Below, piece after piece: positions 1 to 7,819 of a stretch of DNA of 32,000 nt (position 1 is its first letter; each line of letters begins with the position of its first letter). Below the pieces are notes generated by a model. That model did not search any database and was not told the DNA's origin. It saw only the letters and a program-made list of their open reading frames with translations. The stretch spans positions 1,020,001 through 1,052,000 of the forward strand of contig JANQNC010000001.1 in the NCBI GenBank assembly GCA_028279745.1, read 5' to 3'. The stretch is from Candidatus Nanoarchaeia archaeon. GTDB lineage: Archaea > Nanobdellota > Nanobdellia > Woesearchaeales > JANQNC01. The position numbers and the translations under genes are program-made.

Positions 1-893
1 ATAAACCTATAAACATCAAGATGGCATATGCCTGCAATAGTGCAGGAAGTTGAAGCACCTCTGCCTGTTTTGAGTTCAGAATAATCTAATCCCAGATCAA
101 GTTTTATCCTGTACTTGTCAGCTCTGGCCTTGATGTACGGAAAGTCAAACTCATCACTAAAATAACCACAAAGAATATCTGGCTTTTTATCTGCAACAAT
201 TTTTTTGAATTTTTCAATCAGTTCAGCTTCAGAATCAACAATCTCCGCATCTTCATGATCATTTTTCTTCCAGGTAATTATTTTTTTGTAATCTTTCCCG
301 TATAGTGCAATCATTAAGATTGCATTTTCTTTTGGGTCGATCAGTGCAGTAGGATTGTAAGTTTCAATATCAAAAGCAATAATGTCTGGTTCAAAGTTGC
401 TATCTGAGTCAGTTGTTTTAATTTCTTTTACTTCGAAACATTCTACTTTTCCTTTCTCCACAGTTTTTTCAGCTTCAATATTGTAAAGATTAAATGGAAT
501 TATGTTTTTGTCTATAAGATAACGTCTAGTGAATAAGATATCGTATTCAAAACAATCTTTAACCAGGTCCCAATACTTAATTTCATTTCTCACTTTTGGG
601 ACGGACTTTGGAAGATCTGTGAACACTTTTAGGAACTCGTGTTCGACTTCAAGATGTTTTTTCTTTTCAGTTTCAACTTTGACAACTTTGAACTCATCAG
701 TCTGTAACTTTTCCAATTTAGCTTTAAGCTCATCAGGATTTTCTTTAGGCAAAACCCAAAAGTAAGGCTGGAAATCTTTTTCAACTAAACAAATCTGTTC
801 ACCTTTATCGGTTCGGCCATACAAATAAAGAAATGCTTTGTTATCAACCACTTTTTGGTTGATGTCGACAGGATAAAAGTTGAAGTTAACCAT
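1..893 (-). CDS. polB: Family B DNA polymerase, N-terminal domain plus 3'-5' exonuclease region (5' part of the gene; continues past the window start)
   Basis: Absent from the ORF track because it is open at the window edge. My minus-strand translation from the ATG at 893..891 reads MVNFNFYPVDINQKVVDNKAFLYLYGRTDKGEQICLVEKDFQPYFWVLPKE... It contains ExoI motif IIAFDIETYN and ExoII motif ILCGYFSDEFDFPYI, and no stop occurs down to position 1. Confidence 0.85.
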   Translation of the reverse strand, partial: MVNFNFYPVDINQKVVDNKAFLYLYGRTDKGEQICLVEKDFQPYFWVLPKENPDELKAKLEKLQTDEFKVVKVETEKKKHLEVEHEFLKVFTDLPKSVPKVRNEIKYWDLVKDCFEYDILFTRRYLIDKNIIPFNLYNIEAEKTVEKGKVECFEVKEIKTTDSDSNFEPDIIAFDIETYNPTALIDPKENAILMIALYGKDYKKIITWKKNDHEDAEIVDSEAELIEKFKKIVADKKPDILCGYFSDEFDFPYIKARADKYRIKLDLGLDYSELKTGRGASTSCTIAGICHLDVYRF

Positions 894-941
894 GGTGCTA
901 TCGAGGGATAGTTTGTATATAAAGGTTGTGTAGGAGTAGAA

Positions 942-1089
942 TGAGCTGGAGGGGACTTTCAACGCACCGCGTTGCAAGCTGCGAACACGGTGAGCATGTT
1001 TGAACCCCCGACCACTGGCTCACTTAGGAGCCGTTGTTTGAAACGGGGCCATATAAGACCAGCGCTCCACCAGACTAAGCTACCAGCTC
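942..1089 (-). tRNA. tRNA-Ile, anticodon UAU, with two introns (31 nt after position 37; 43 nt at the 3' side of the T-loop)
   Basis: The minus strand reads GAGCTGG TA GCTT AGTCTGGTG GAGC G CTGGT CTTATA [intron 1051..1021] A GCCAG TGGTC GGGGG TTCAAAC [intron 997..955] CCCCT CCAGCTC A. The acceptor stem is a perfect 7 bp and the exons sum to 74 nt. Intron borders were set by eye to restore the cloverleaf. Confidence 0.8.
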
Positions 1090-1120
1090 ATAACTTAGCC
1101 TAGTTAATGCGTTTCAAACG

Positions 1121-1130
1121 GTTATTTAAA
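1121..1130 (-). promoter_or_regulatory. Putative TATA box for tRNA-Ile
   Basis: The minus strand reads TTTAAATAAC, 32-41 nt upstream of the tRNA 5' end. A near-identical GTTATTTAAAA(A)G element lies upstream of tRNA-Glu at 8188..8200. Confidence 0.4.
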
Positions 1131-1155
1131 AGTTTTTGCCTTAAGATGCCTTAGA

Positions 1156-1347
1156 TTAAATGACCATTTCATCATCGTGTTCAGCGTCATGTTCTTCATC
1201 ATCATAATCTTCTTTTTCATCAAGAAAGGAATCGCAACTAGAACAGCAAGTAAAGAAACTATGATCACGCTGATTATTGCATATAATGCTGCTGACATAA
1301 TCTGATCTAGAGTATATCAGTTTAAACAAGTTATGAAAAGACTGCAT
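1156..1347 (-). CDS. Hypothetical small protein with an acidic His/Asp/Glu-rich C-terminus
   Basis: 63-aa ORF from the track ending in DEKEDYDDEEHDAEHDDEMVI. I recognise no family, and coding status is uncertain. Confidence 0.3.
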   Translation of the reverse strand: MQSFHNLFKLIYSRSDYVSSIICNNQRDHSFFTCCSSCDSFLDEKEDYDDEEHDAEHDDEMVI

Positions 1348-1527
1348 GTTGTTAATATGAGCAGGTCAGTTATTCTCTATGGGGGGAGAAAATTAAAACC
1401 TTTAATTTAGTAACAAAAAATGCTTATATGTCAAGTTGTGTAATATTAGGTGAGATAAGAAAGTGCAACTTAGAATTGTTTATTCCTATCTAAAGTTGGG
1501 TATGATCATAAAAAGGAGGTGTCGGTT

Positions 1528-2541
1528 ATGAAAACAAAAGAATTCTTTATTGTATCTGTAGTCTTACTTTCAGTATGGGTATTGTCTGGCTGTGTTTTGC
1601 AAGAAGGGGGGGTGAATATTTCTGAAGAACAGAATAGGCCTATAAGTCCTTATGAAGGCAAGAGAATACTGTATATTGATTCTTACCATGAAGGTTATGA
1701 ATGGAGCGATGGTATAACGGAAGGAGTGATAAAAACTTTGGAAGGTACAGGTGTCGAGCTTAAGATCCACAGGATGGATACAAAAAGAAATCCTGACGAG
1801 GAGTTCAAGAAGAAAGCCGCATTGGATGCGAAGAAGGTGATTGAAGGATTTGATCCTGATGTCGTGATAACCTCAGATGACAACGCATTCAAGTATCTTA
1901 TAATGCCTTATTACAAGGATGCAGACCTTCCTGTTGTGTTCAACGGCCTTAATTGGGATGCTTCTGTATATGGCGCACCTTATTCAAATACTGCAGGCAT
2001 GGTCGAGGTGAGCTTGACTGTGCAATTGATAGAAACCCTAAAAGAATATGCAGATGGGGAAAAAGTCGGATATCTTTCTGCAGACGTCCTGACTGAAAGG
2101 AAGAATCTAGAATATTATTCAAAACTCTTTAATCTTAATTTTGACAAGCAGTACTTTGTAACAAACATGGGCGATTGGAAAGATAAGTATCTGAAACTAC
2201 AAGACGAAGTTGACATAGTTATCTTCGAGAACAGCGCAGGAATAACAGACTGGGATGAGATGGAAGCGGAAACTTTTGCTTTAGATAACATAAAGGTGCC
2301 AGTAGGAACAACTAACCCATGGGTTATGCAAAGTTCACTTTTAGGCCTTACAAAGGTACCATACGAGCAGGGTGAATGGGCCGCGCAGACTGCCCTTGAG
2401 ATAGTTGACGGAAAGTCTCCTTCAGATATCCCGCTTGTAACAAATAAGAAGGGAGGAGTGTTAGTCAACCTTAAGGTTGCAGACAAATTGGGGGTCATAG
2501 TAAGTTCAGACTTGTTGAAAAACGCAGAATTTATTGAATAG
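1528..2541 (+). CDS. Lipoprotein, ABC-transporter-type periplasmic solute-binding protein (ABC_sub_bind/BMP-like fold)
   Basis: Signal peptide with lipobox VLSGC. The ILYIDSYHEGYEWSDGITEGV motif is typical of this solute-binding family. The track start (GTG 1519) lies inside the SD AGGAGGTG (1514..1521), so the ATG at 1528 is the likely start. Confidence 0.7.
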   Translation: MKTKEFFIVSVVLLSVWVLSGCVLQEGGVNISEEQNRPISPYEGKRILYIDSYHEGYEWSDGITEGVIKTLEGTGVELKIHRMDTKRNPDEEFKKKAALDAKKVIEGFDPDVVITSDDNAFKYLIMPYYKDADLPVVFNGLNWDASVYGAPYSNTAGMVEVSLTVQLIETLKEYADGEKVGYLSADVLTERKNLEYYSKLFNLNFDKQYFVTNMGDWKDKYLKLQDEVDIVIFENSAGITDWDEMEAETFALDNIKVPVGTTNPWVMQSSLLGLTKVPYEQGEWAAQTALEIVDGKSPSDIPLVTNKKGGVLVNLKVADKLGVIVSSDLLKNAEFIE

Positions 2542-2547
2542 TTCAAA

Positions 2548-3507
2548 ATGAAAAGATTCATAGACAAGATCAATCTCTCTATAGGAACAAAGATTATGGT
2601 AGGCTTGTCTATTATCATATTTATATTTGCCATTACCGCTTCACTGGCTTTAAATCAGGTAAATGATATCAAGAATCTTGCAGAAGATACAGTCCCTCTT
2701 AGTACAAATCTGGACTTTCTACATAAGTTTAGCTCATCTTTTGAGTCTTTAGAAAGAGATATAGACAAGTTTTTTTTGATCGGGTATATAGAATATAAAG
2801 AAAATGCTTATGCAGACCTGGACTCTATGTCAGATAATCTGGTCGAGTTAAGAAAATCTGAACGATACGCTCACACAGATAAATTAGATGTGATCGAAGG
2901 AGAGATAGATAACCTACAAGAGAACCTAAACACTTTAACAGATCTAGAGCGAAACATGGAGAATGCCCCACAGGTAAACAGGATCAGGGTATCATCTTAT
3001 GAGGGTATAGATATAATCAGGAGCAAGCTAGACTGCATGTTTTCTGAATCAAACGAGAAAGTACAATCTAATGTTCTGTTGCAAAGAGATATTGTTGTTA
3101 GGTTGAACAATCAGATTACAGTATTAAGCATATCCATCTTGGCGGTGGGGGTCATAGTAACTCTTCTTTTATCAAGGTCAATATCTCATCCGATCATCCA
3201 ACTAAAAGAATCGGCAGAACAGATCAGAAAAGGCAACTTGAATAATGAGATCGGAATAAAATCAAAAGATGAAGTTGGAGATCTTGCAAAAGCCTTTGAA
3301 GATATGCGCAGGGGGTTAAAAGACAGAAATCAACTATTGAATACAATACTAAAAGCACTTAAGGGTAAAGTGGGAGGAGTTGCTGCAATACCTCTCAGAA
3401 AAAGCATTGCAGACCTTTCGAAAAAGAACGAAAGGGTGCTTAGTTTACTTCCGAGGTCAATAGTAACTACAATAAAGAAGGAGTCAAAGATAAAAAAGAA
3501 AAAATAA
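2548..3507 (+). CDS. Membrane sensor-like protein: TM1, about 150-aa extracytoplasmic helical domain, TM2, HAMP domain, Lys-rich tail; no output domain
   Basis: HAMP signature SISHPIIQLKESAEQIRKGNLNNEIGIKSKDEVGDLAKAFEDMRRGL follows TM2 (ITVLSISILAVGVIVTLLL). The protein ends about 55 aa later in KKESKIKKKK, with no kinase, MCP or GGDEF module. It starts 6 nt after the solute-binding gene. Confidence 0.7.
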   Translation: MKRFIDKINLSIGTKIMVGLSIIIFIFAITASLALNQVNDIKNLAEDTVPLSTNLDFLHKFSSSFESLERDIDKFFLIGYIEYKENAYADLDSMSDNLVELRKSERYAHTDKLDVIEGEIDNLQENLNTLTDLERNMENAPQVNRIRVSSYEGIDIIRSKLDCMFSESNEKVQSNVLLQRDIVVRLNNQITVLSISILAVGVIVTLLLSRSISHPIIQLKESAEQIRKGNLNNEIGIKSKDEVGDLAKAFEDMRRGLKDRNQLLNTILKALKGKVGGVAAIPLRKSIADLSKKNERVLSLLPRSIVTTIKKESKIKKKK

Positions 3508-3649
3508 ATGTGTCTTTTTTGGACGTGAATCTTTTACTGTAATGCATAGAGTTTTTTGACTCGCATACATGAAGCATTCACACCAGTGCGTCATGAGCTC
3601 TTGTCAGCCCTAACAGATAAAAGAATAAGTTATACGAACGAGGTAAAAA

Positions 3650-4405
3650 ATGAAAAAAGAATGTCTGGATTATAAAAAAGCTATTGAGATCGCTCCAGGA
3701 ATATATTGGGTCGGTTATAACATCAAAAACAAATGGTTTCAGACAAATGCTTATCTTGTCGTTGAAGGAGATGAAGCTGTTTTGATCGATCCTGGAAGCC
3801 AGACTGATTTTTCAAAGGTCTTTACAAAAATAAAATCTGTCTGCTCCTTGAAAAAATTAAAACATGTTATTTTACACCACCAAGATCCTGATCTGTGCGG
3901 AAGCACATCAAAATTTGAGACAGTTGCTGAAATATTTATATACGTTCCTCAAAGAGCAGCTGTTTTTATAGACTTTTACGGGATAAACTCATTGATCAAT
4001 CCCATATCTCAAGATGGGGAAGTTCTGGAATTCAAGACAGGAAGAAAGCTAAGATTTTTCTTGACACCTTACTGTCATTCTCCAGGAGCGATGGTCACCT
4101 ATGACGAAAAAAGCAAGATCCTGTTTTCAAGCGACATTTTTGGAGCGTTCTATAACAGATGGGAACTATATGCTGATATGGTCGGTAACAAGACCCACCT
4201 AGAATCAGTCAAGTCTTTTATGGAACCTTACATGGCATCAAAAGAAGCGGTCATGAATTTCGTCAATAAGGCAGAAAAACTTAAAATAAAGATGATCTGT
4301 CCGCAGCACGGCTCAATAATCCGAAAAGATATATCTGGCTGGTTCGACAAATTAAAAAAAATGAGATATGGAACTGCGCTTAAAGAGGGGGAAACAGGAT
4401 TGTGA
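3650..4405 (+). CDS. Metallo-beta-lactamase-fold protein resembling the di-iron core domain of flavodiiron proteins (ODP-like); no flavodoxin domain
   Basis: The matches to FDP core motifs are:
- IAPGIYWVG...TNAYLV...AVLIDPG
- HHQDPDLCG at the HxExDH position
- TPYCHSPGAM
- LFSSDIFGAF
- ICPQHGSII
An SD (GAGGT) precedes the ATG. Confidence 0.65.
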   Translation: MKKECLDYKKAIEIAPGIYWVGYNIKNKWFQTNAYLVVEGDEAVLIDPGSQTDFSKVFTKIKSVCSLKKLKHVILHHQDPDLCGSTSKFETVAEIFIYVPQRAAVFIDFYGINSLINPISQDGEVLEFKTGRKLRFFLTPYCHSPGAMVTYDEKSKILFSSDIFGAFYNRWELYADMVGNKTHLESVKSFMEPYMASKEAVMNFVNKAEKLKIKMICPQHGSIIRKDISGWFDKLKKMRYGTALKEGETGL

Positions 4406-4413
4406 TGTTTCAC

Positions 4414-4442
4414 AAAGCACCTGCTGGTCCGAGTGCTTTTTT
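4414..4442 (+). terminator. Hairpin plus T-run downstream of the MBL gene
   Basis: AAAGCAC (4414..4420) pairs with GTGCTTT (4433..4439), and the sequence runs into TTTTTT. Confidence 0.45.
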
Positions 4443-4545
4443 GCATAGTAAAAGAGGCAATATGATGCTCTCAAGCTAGAAAATCGGTGGACTGCTTGCT
4501 TTCAAAAAAGAAGATTTATAAAAGGTAAGATTAAATAACAGAAAT

Positions 4546-5412
4546 ATGAGAAAAGTAGTTATCTTTTTAGCGGTTTTATTTATTTATTCTAGTTTTGCTC
4601 TGGCAGGTATTCCTGAGGACTGCGATATTAACATGATTAATTACTGGAAGCTTAATGAAACCTCAGGCAGTGCTATTGATTATGTTGGTGGTGATGACGG
4701 AACAGTAACAGGAGCAACACAAGGGGTTACAGGACAAGTTGATACTGCATACTATTTTGATGGAAGTGATGACTATATTAGTGCTGGCAGCTCTGTACTT
4801 TCAGGAAACACAGGACCTTTTACGGTATCTGCATGGTTCAATACAGACACTGTAACAGTACACTCTCAAACAATCGTTGCGAAAGATGACAGGACTCCAG
4901 GAAATTCAAAAAGAATGTTCCAGATACAAACATTTAATGATGATGTACTAGCTTATGTATGGGACGACTCAACAGGAGCCTATTTAGGAAAACAATTAAC
5001 AAACTATTTAATTCCAAATCAGTGGCATCATGTTGCACTAGTCTATCATGGAGGATCTGATGTACGTCTTTATGTTGACGGCACAGAAAGAACGACTGTT
5101 TTTTCAGGAGGAACATTCTCAGGGATAGATAATACTGATGCAAACTTTATGATAGGAATATTTAGTTTATCAGGATCTCTAACCAGAGATTTTAATGGAA
5201 TGATTGATGAAGTAACAGTTCACAACAAAGCTCTGGCCAGTTCCGAAGTTCAAGAATTATATGACTTAGGCAGTCAAAATTCCAGCTATTGTCCATCTTT
5301 TGTAGAACAAAGTGAAGTTCCTGAAGTAAACAGAAATCATACTGTTAAAAATTGGATCCTTGTCGCTATACTGGTTGCCTTGATCGGAATTATTTTTATC
5401 AAAAAGAACTAA
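4546..5412 (+). CDS. Secreted, C-terminally membrane-anchored LamG/concanavalin-A-like lectin domain protein
   Basis: Evidence for the call:
- An N-terminal signal peptide.
- LamG_3-type motifs: YWKLNETSGSAIDYVGG, AYYFDGSDDYI, FTVSAWF, WHHVALVY, LYVDG, FNGMIDEVTVHNKALASSEV.
- A C-terminal TM helix, WILVAILVALIGIIFI.
A TATA-like GATTTATAAAAGG lies about 25 nt upstream. Confidence 0.75.
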   Translation: MRKVVIFLAVLFIYSSFALAGIPEDCDINMINYWKLNETSGSAIDYVGGDDGTVTGATQGVTGQVDTAYYFDGSDDYISAGSSVLSGNTGPFTVSAWFNTDTVTVHSQTIVAKDDRTPGNSKRMFQIQTFNDDVLAYVWDDSTGAYLGKQLTNYLIPNQWHHVALVYHGGSDVRLYVDGTERTTVFSGGTFSGIDNTDANFMIGIFSLSGSLTRDFNGMIDEVTVHNKALASSEVQELYDLGSQNSSYCPSFVEQSEVPEVNRNHTVKNWILVAILVALIGIIFIKKN

Positions 5413-5488
5413 CCAAATAACCCGACGATTATTTGTAACCCTTAACTCATTTCTAAGCTAAACTTCCTAATATGAACACTAGGTACTA

Positions 5489-5500
5489 ATGCCCCCGCCG
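5489..5500. repeat. Direct repeat copy 1 (ATGCCCCCGCCG), identical to the 3' end of tRNA-Glu plus one flanking nucleotide
   Basis: An exact 12-nt match to 8025..8036 in the same orientation. This is a very GC-rich word in an AT-rich intergenic region. Confidence 0.6.
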
Positions 5501-5680
5501 CATTTAGAACATCCAGTTCTAGTCCTAAACGCATTTTTTTATCGTGATAACGGCTTAAAGGTACTGAGACATTTAAATATAAAAGGTTTTTGATTGACTT
5601 TTATGGATTGAAGAGTAAGTTGCCTTTTTCTGATTTAATTGAGGATATCTGAGAAGTATCTCTTTTTTGAGTCTTATATA

Positions 5681-6220
5681 CTATTTGAACGGAGATTTAG
5701 AAGAAAATTTATTGTTTAGGTATTTGTATATTTTAGTGAATTCATAGTTATTTATCAAAAAGTTGTCTGTGTTCTTTTTTAATTCTATGTCTAGTAAATT
5801 TAAATCAACATACTTTACATCTGCAACTTCATCTTTGTTGAAATTTATTTTTGATACTTCGATATCTGTCTGAATAACATATACTTTCAAATGTTCTGAA
5901 TTCTTGTTATTAGTATAACTATAAGAAGTAATGTGGTTTAAATCACTTTTATTAAAAATTAAGTTTAATTCTTCTTTGAGTTCTCTGATTGCAGCATCCA
6001 AACAGCTTTCATCAATTCTTACATGACCTCCAACGGAACAAGACCAAGTATTAGGATATTGTAACTTATTCAAACTTCTTTTTTGTAATAAAACTTTGCC
6101 TTCTTTGTTAAATATCCAAATGTTTACTGCTTCATGCCAAAGATTATTAGAGTGTGCTTTCTCTTTGCTACTTGTACCTGTGCGATTACCTATTTTGTCA
6201 AAAATATTAATTATTTCCAT
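5681..6220 (-). CDS. Nudix hydrolase (IDI-like subfamily fold) with a near-canonical Nudix box
   Basis: Nudix box GHVRIDESCLDAAIRELKEELNL fits GX5EX7REUXEEXGU except the final G is N. The upstream signature is LWHEAVNIWIFNKEGKVLLQKRSLNKLQYPNTWSCSVGGH. The track ORF starts at 6253. Alignment with the N-terminus of the upstream paralogous domain favours the ATG at 6220 (MEIINIFDK), which lies 1 nt after the upstream stop at 6222..6224. Confidence 0.8.
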   Translation of the reverse strand: MEIINIFDKIGNRTGTSSKEKAHSNNLWHEAVNIWIFNKEGKVLLQKRSLNKLQYPNTWSCSVGGHVRIDESCLDAAIRELKEELNLIFNKSDLNHITSYSYTNNKNSEHLKVYVIQTDIEVSKINFNKDEVADVKYVDLNLLDIELKKNTDNFLINNYEFTKIYKYLNNKFSSKSPFK

Positions 6221-6221
6221 T

Positions 6222-7796
6222 TTATTGATGATCTGGTTTAATGCAAAAATCATTAAAATACTCTTCTTTATTTATTTTATAATGCAAGATACTGTCTAAG
6301 ACCGGGCTCTTATACAAATCTCCTTTTGTTAAAACAGTATAGTTTTCATCTTTAGCATTACAAAAACAGAAAACATGACCTTCTTTCTTATTAAAAAATC
6401 TAATAGAGGATATTGCTTTTGTACATTTATTTTTTTCATTACACTGTTCACAAACTTTTTGAAATCTAAAATTTTGGTTAAATACTTTTACTGTAAGTTT
6501 ATTGCCTTTAGCATCTTCATAATTGCATATTTCAGTTGCACCTGGCACTCTTATTGTTATATTTTTCTTTTTAACTTTTAATTCATTAAGAATCTTTTTA
6601 ACAGTCTCTGTAGAACCTTTTATTCTACCATTTGATCTGTCTCTTTGCATTCTTGGCTCTATGCCGTTTTCCCAACACCATTTAATGAAATTTAAAGCAT
6701 CGTTAATATCTGTTAGTCCTGAACAAACAACATTTGTTTTTATGGTTGTATCATAATTCTGTTTAAGCATCAAAACGCTTTTTTTAATAAGGTTATTACG
6801 GTTGGGGTCGACAGTTTTATAATTTTTTATTAATTCAGTTCTAATTTCATTATTTTTATCTAAGGGGGTGTAACTAAATGTTAATTCGTCGATGCAGTTT
6901 AGTTTATACAATTCTTTAATAACATCAACATCAATCAGATTAGTAACGATATTAATTTTGAAATTATTTTCTTTTAACTTAATACAAATCTCCATTAGAT
7001 CTTTGCATAGAGTGGGTTCTCCACCTGTAAGATGTATTGTATTATAATGAAATTTTTCTCTGAAATCGTTTAACATTTTAATTAAATCTTCAGAGTATGA
7101 AAAATCAATCATACTTTCACTATTAATCTCAGGGCTAGAAAAATTTCCTTTTTTATATATGCAAAATTCACAATTAAGATTGCATCTTTCAGTTAAAACC
7201 ATTCTTAAAGCAGGTTCATTCTCTAAAACAACTTCATCAAAAATACCAAAAGGGGTCTTGTATTTCTTTTTTAATATAACTTTGTCTAACAGATCATTAA
7301 GAATAGACAATTCTTGATCTTGAATGAAAATATTTCTTAATTCAGACAGTTTACAGTATTTTATTTCAGAAATTTCTTTTTTATTCATGTTTAAACTCTG
7401 AATAGAAACATCTTCAAAAAATACAAGAACATTAACAAACTCATTATTGATTAAAACTTCGCCCTCAGTTGTGGTCTGAGTAACTTGTTGCTTATATCTA
7501 AACTTATTAGCAACACTATTTAAAGAAAAACCCAATTCATTTTCTATTTGTTTTCTAGCAGATTTTTCTAGACTTTCGCCTGAAATCAGATGACCTGCAC
7601 AACTACATGTCCAAGTATCAGGCCTTATCTTCTTTGTAGACGTTCTTTTCTGAACTAATAACTCATTATTTTTATTAACGATCCAAACATGAATTGATTC
7701 ATGCCATAGCCCTTTCTCATGAATCTCCTGTTTTGATAAAACTTTACCAGTTGATTCTCCCTTCTCATTTAAAACGTCTAAATATTTAACCCCCAT
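6222..7796 (-). CDS. Fusion protein: N-terminal Nudix-fold domain with a degenerate Nudix box, plus a radical SAM domain with a MoaA/twitch-like C-terminal Cys cluster
   Basis: N-terminal domain, aa 1 to about 170:
- Nudix-fold signature LWHESIHVWIVNKNNELLVQKRTSTKKIRPDTWTCSCAGH.
- Its box GHLISGESLEKSARKQIENELGF has RE replaced by KQ and EE replaced by NE.
Radical SAM domain:
- CX3CX2C motif CNLNCEFC, encoded at 7161..7184.
- GGE motif HLTGGEPTL.
- C-terminal cysteines VCEQCNEKNKC ... IRFFNKKEGHVFCFC.
A leaderless-type TATA lies about 24 nt upstream at 7820..7827. Confidence 0.8.
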   Translation of the reverse strand: MGVKYLDVLNEKGESTGKVLSKQEIHEKGLWHESIHVWIVNKNNELLVQKRTSTKKIRPDTWTCSCAGHLISGESLEKSARKQIENELGFSLNSVANKFRYKQQVTQTTTEGEVLINNEFVNVLVFFEDVSIQSLNMNKKEISEIKYCKLSELRNIFIQDQELSILNDLLDKVILKKKYKTPFGIFDEVVLENEPALRMVLTERCNLNCEFCIYKKGNFSSPEINSESMIDFSYSEDLIKMLNDFREKFHYNTIHLTGGEPTLCKDLMEICIKLKENNFKINIVTNLIDVDVIKELYKLNCIDELTFSYTPLDKNNEIRTELIKNYKTVDPNRNNLIKKSVLMLKQNYDTTIKTNVVCSGLTDINDALNFIKWCWENGIEPRMQRDRSNGRIKGSTETVKKILNELKVKKKNITIRVPGATEICNYEDAKGNKLTVKVFNQNFRFQKVCEQCNEKNKCTKAISSIRFFNKKEGHVFCFCNAKDENYTVLTKGDLYKSPVLDSILHYKINKEEYFNDFCIKPDHQ

Positions 7797-7819
7797 TCAA
7801 AGTGGCATTTAAGTTTAGC

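Noticed and set aside
529-765. 78-aa plus-strand ORF
   Set aside because: It is antisense to the polB coding region, which has clear exonuclease motifs.
1519-1527. GTG starts proposed by the track at 1519 (solute-binding protein) and at 21569 (pepF)
   Set aside because: Both GTGs lie inside GGAGGTG Shine-Dalgarno sequences complementary to the 16S 3' end CACCTCC. ATG codons 6-7 nt downstream are better starts.
1570-2633. Minus-strand ORFs 1570..1770, 1695..1892 and 2115..2633
   Set aside because: They are antisense to the solute-binding protein and HAMP genes and give low-complexity translations.
5590-5670. Possible C/D-box sRNA or other sRNA downstream of a TATA-like CATTTAAATATAAAAGG (C-like TGATTGA, CTGA boxes, terminal T6)
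   Set aside because: The box spacing is wrong for archaeal C/D sRNAs (about 29 nt between the C-like and D'-like boxes against the expected 12 or so), and the boxes are degenerate. Only expression data could revive the idea.
6096-6756. Plus-strand ORFs 6096..6299, 6375..6581 and 6523..6756
   Set aside because: They are antisense to the Nudix and radical SAM genes in very AT-rich DNA. Their Phe/Ile/Leu-rich translations are typical of chance frames.
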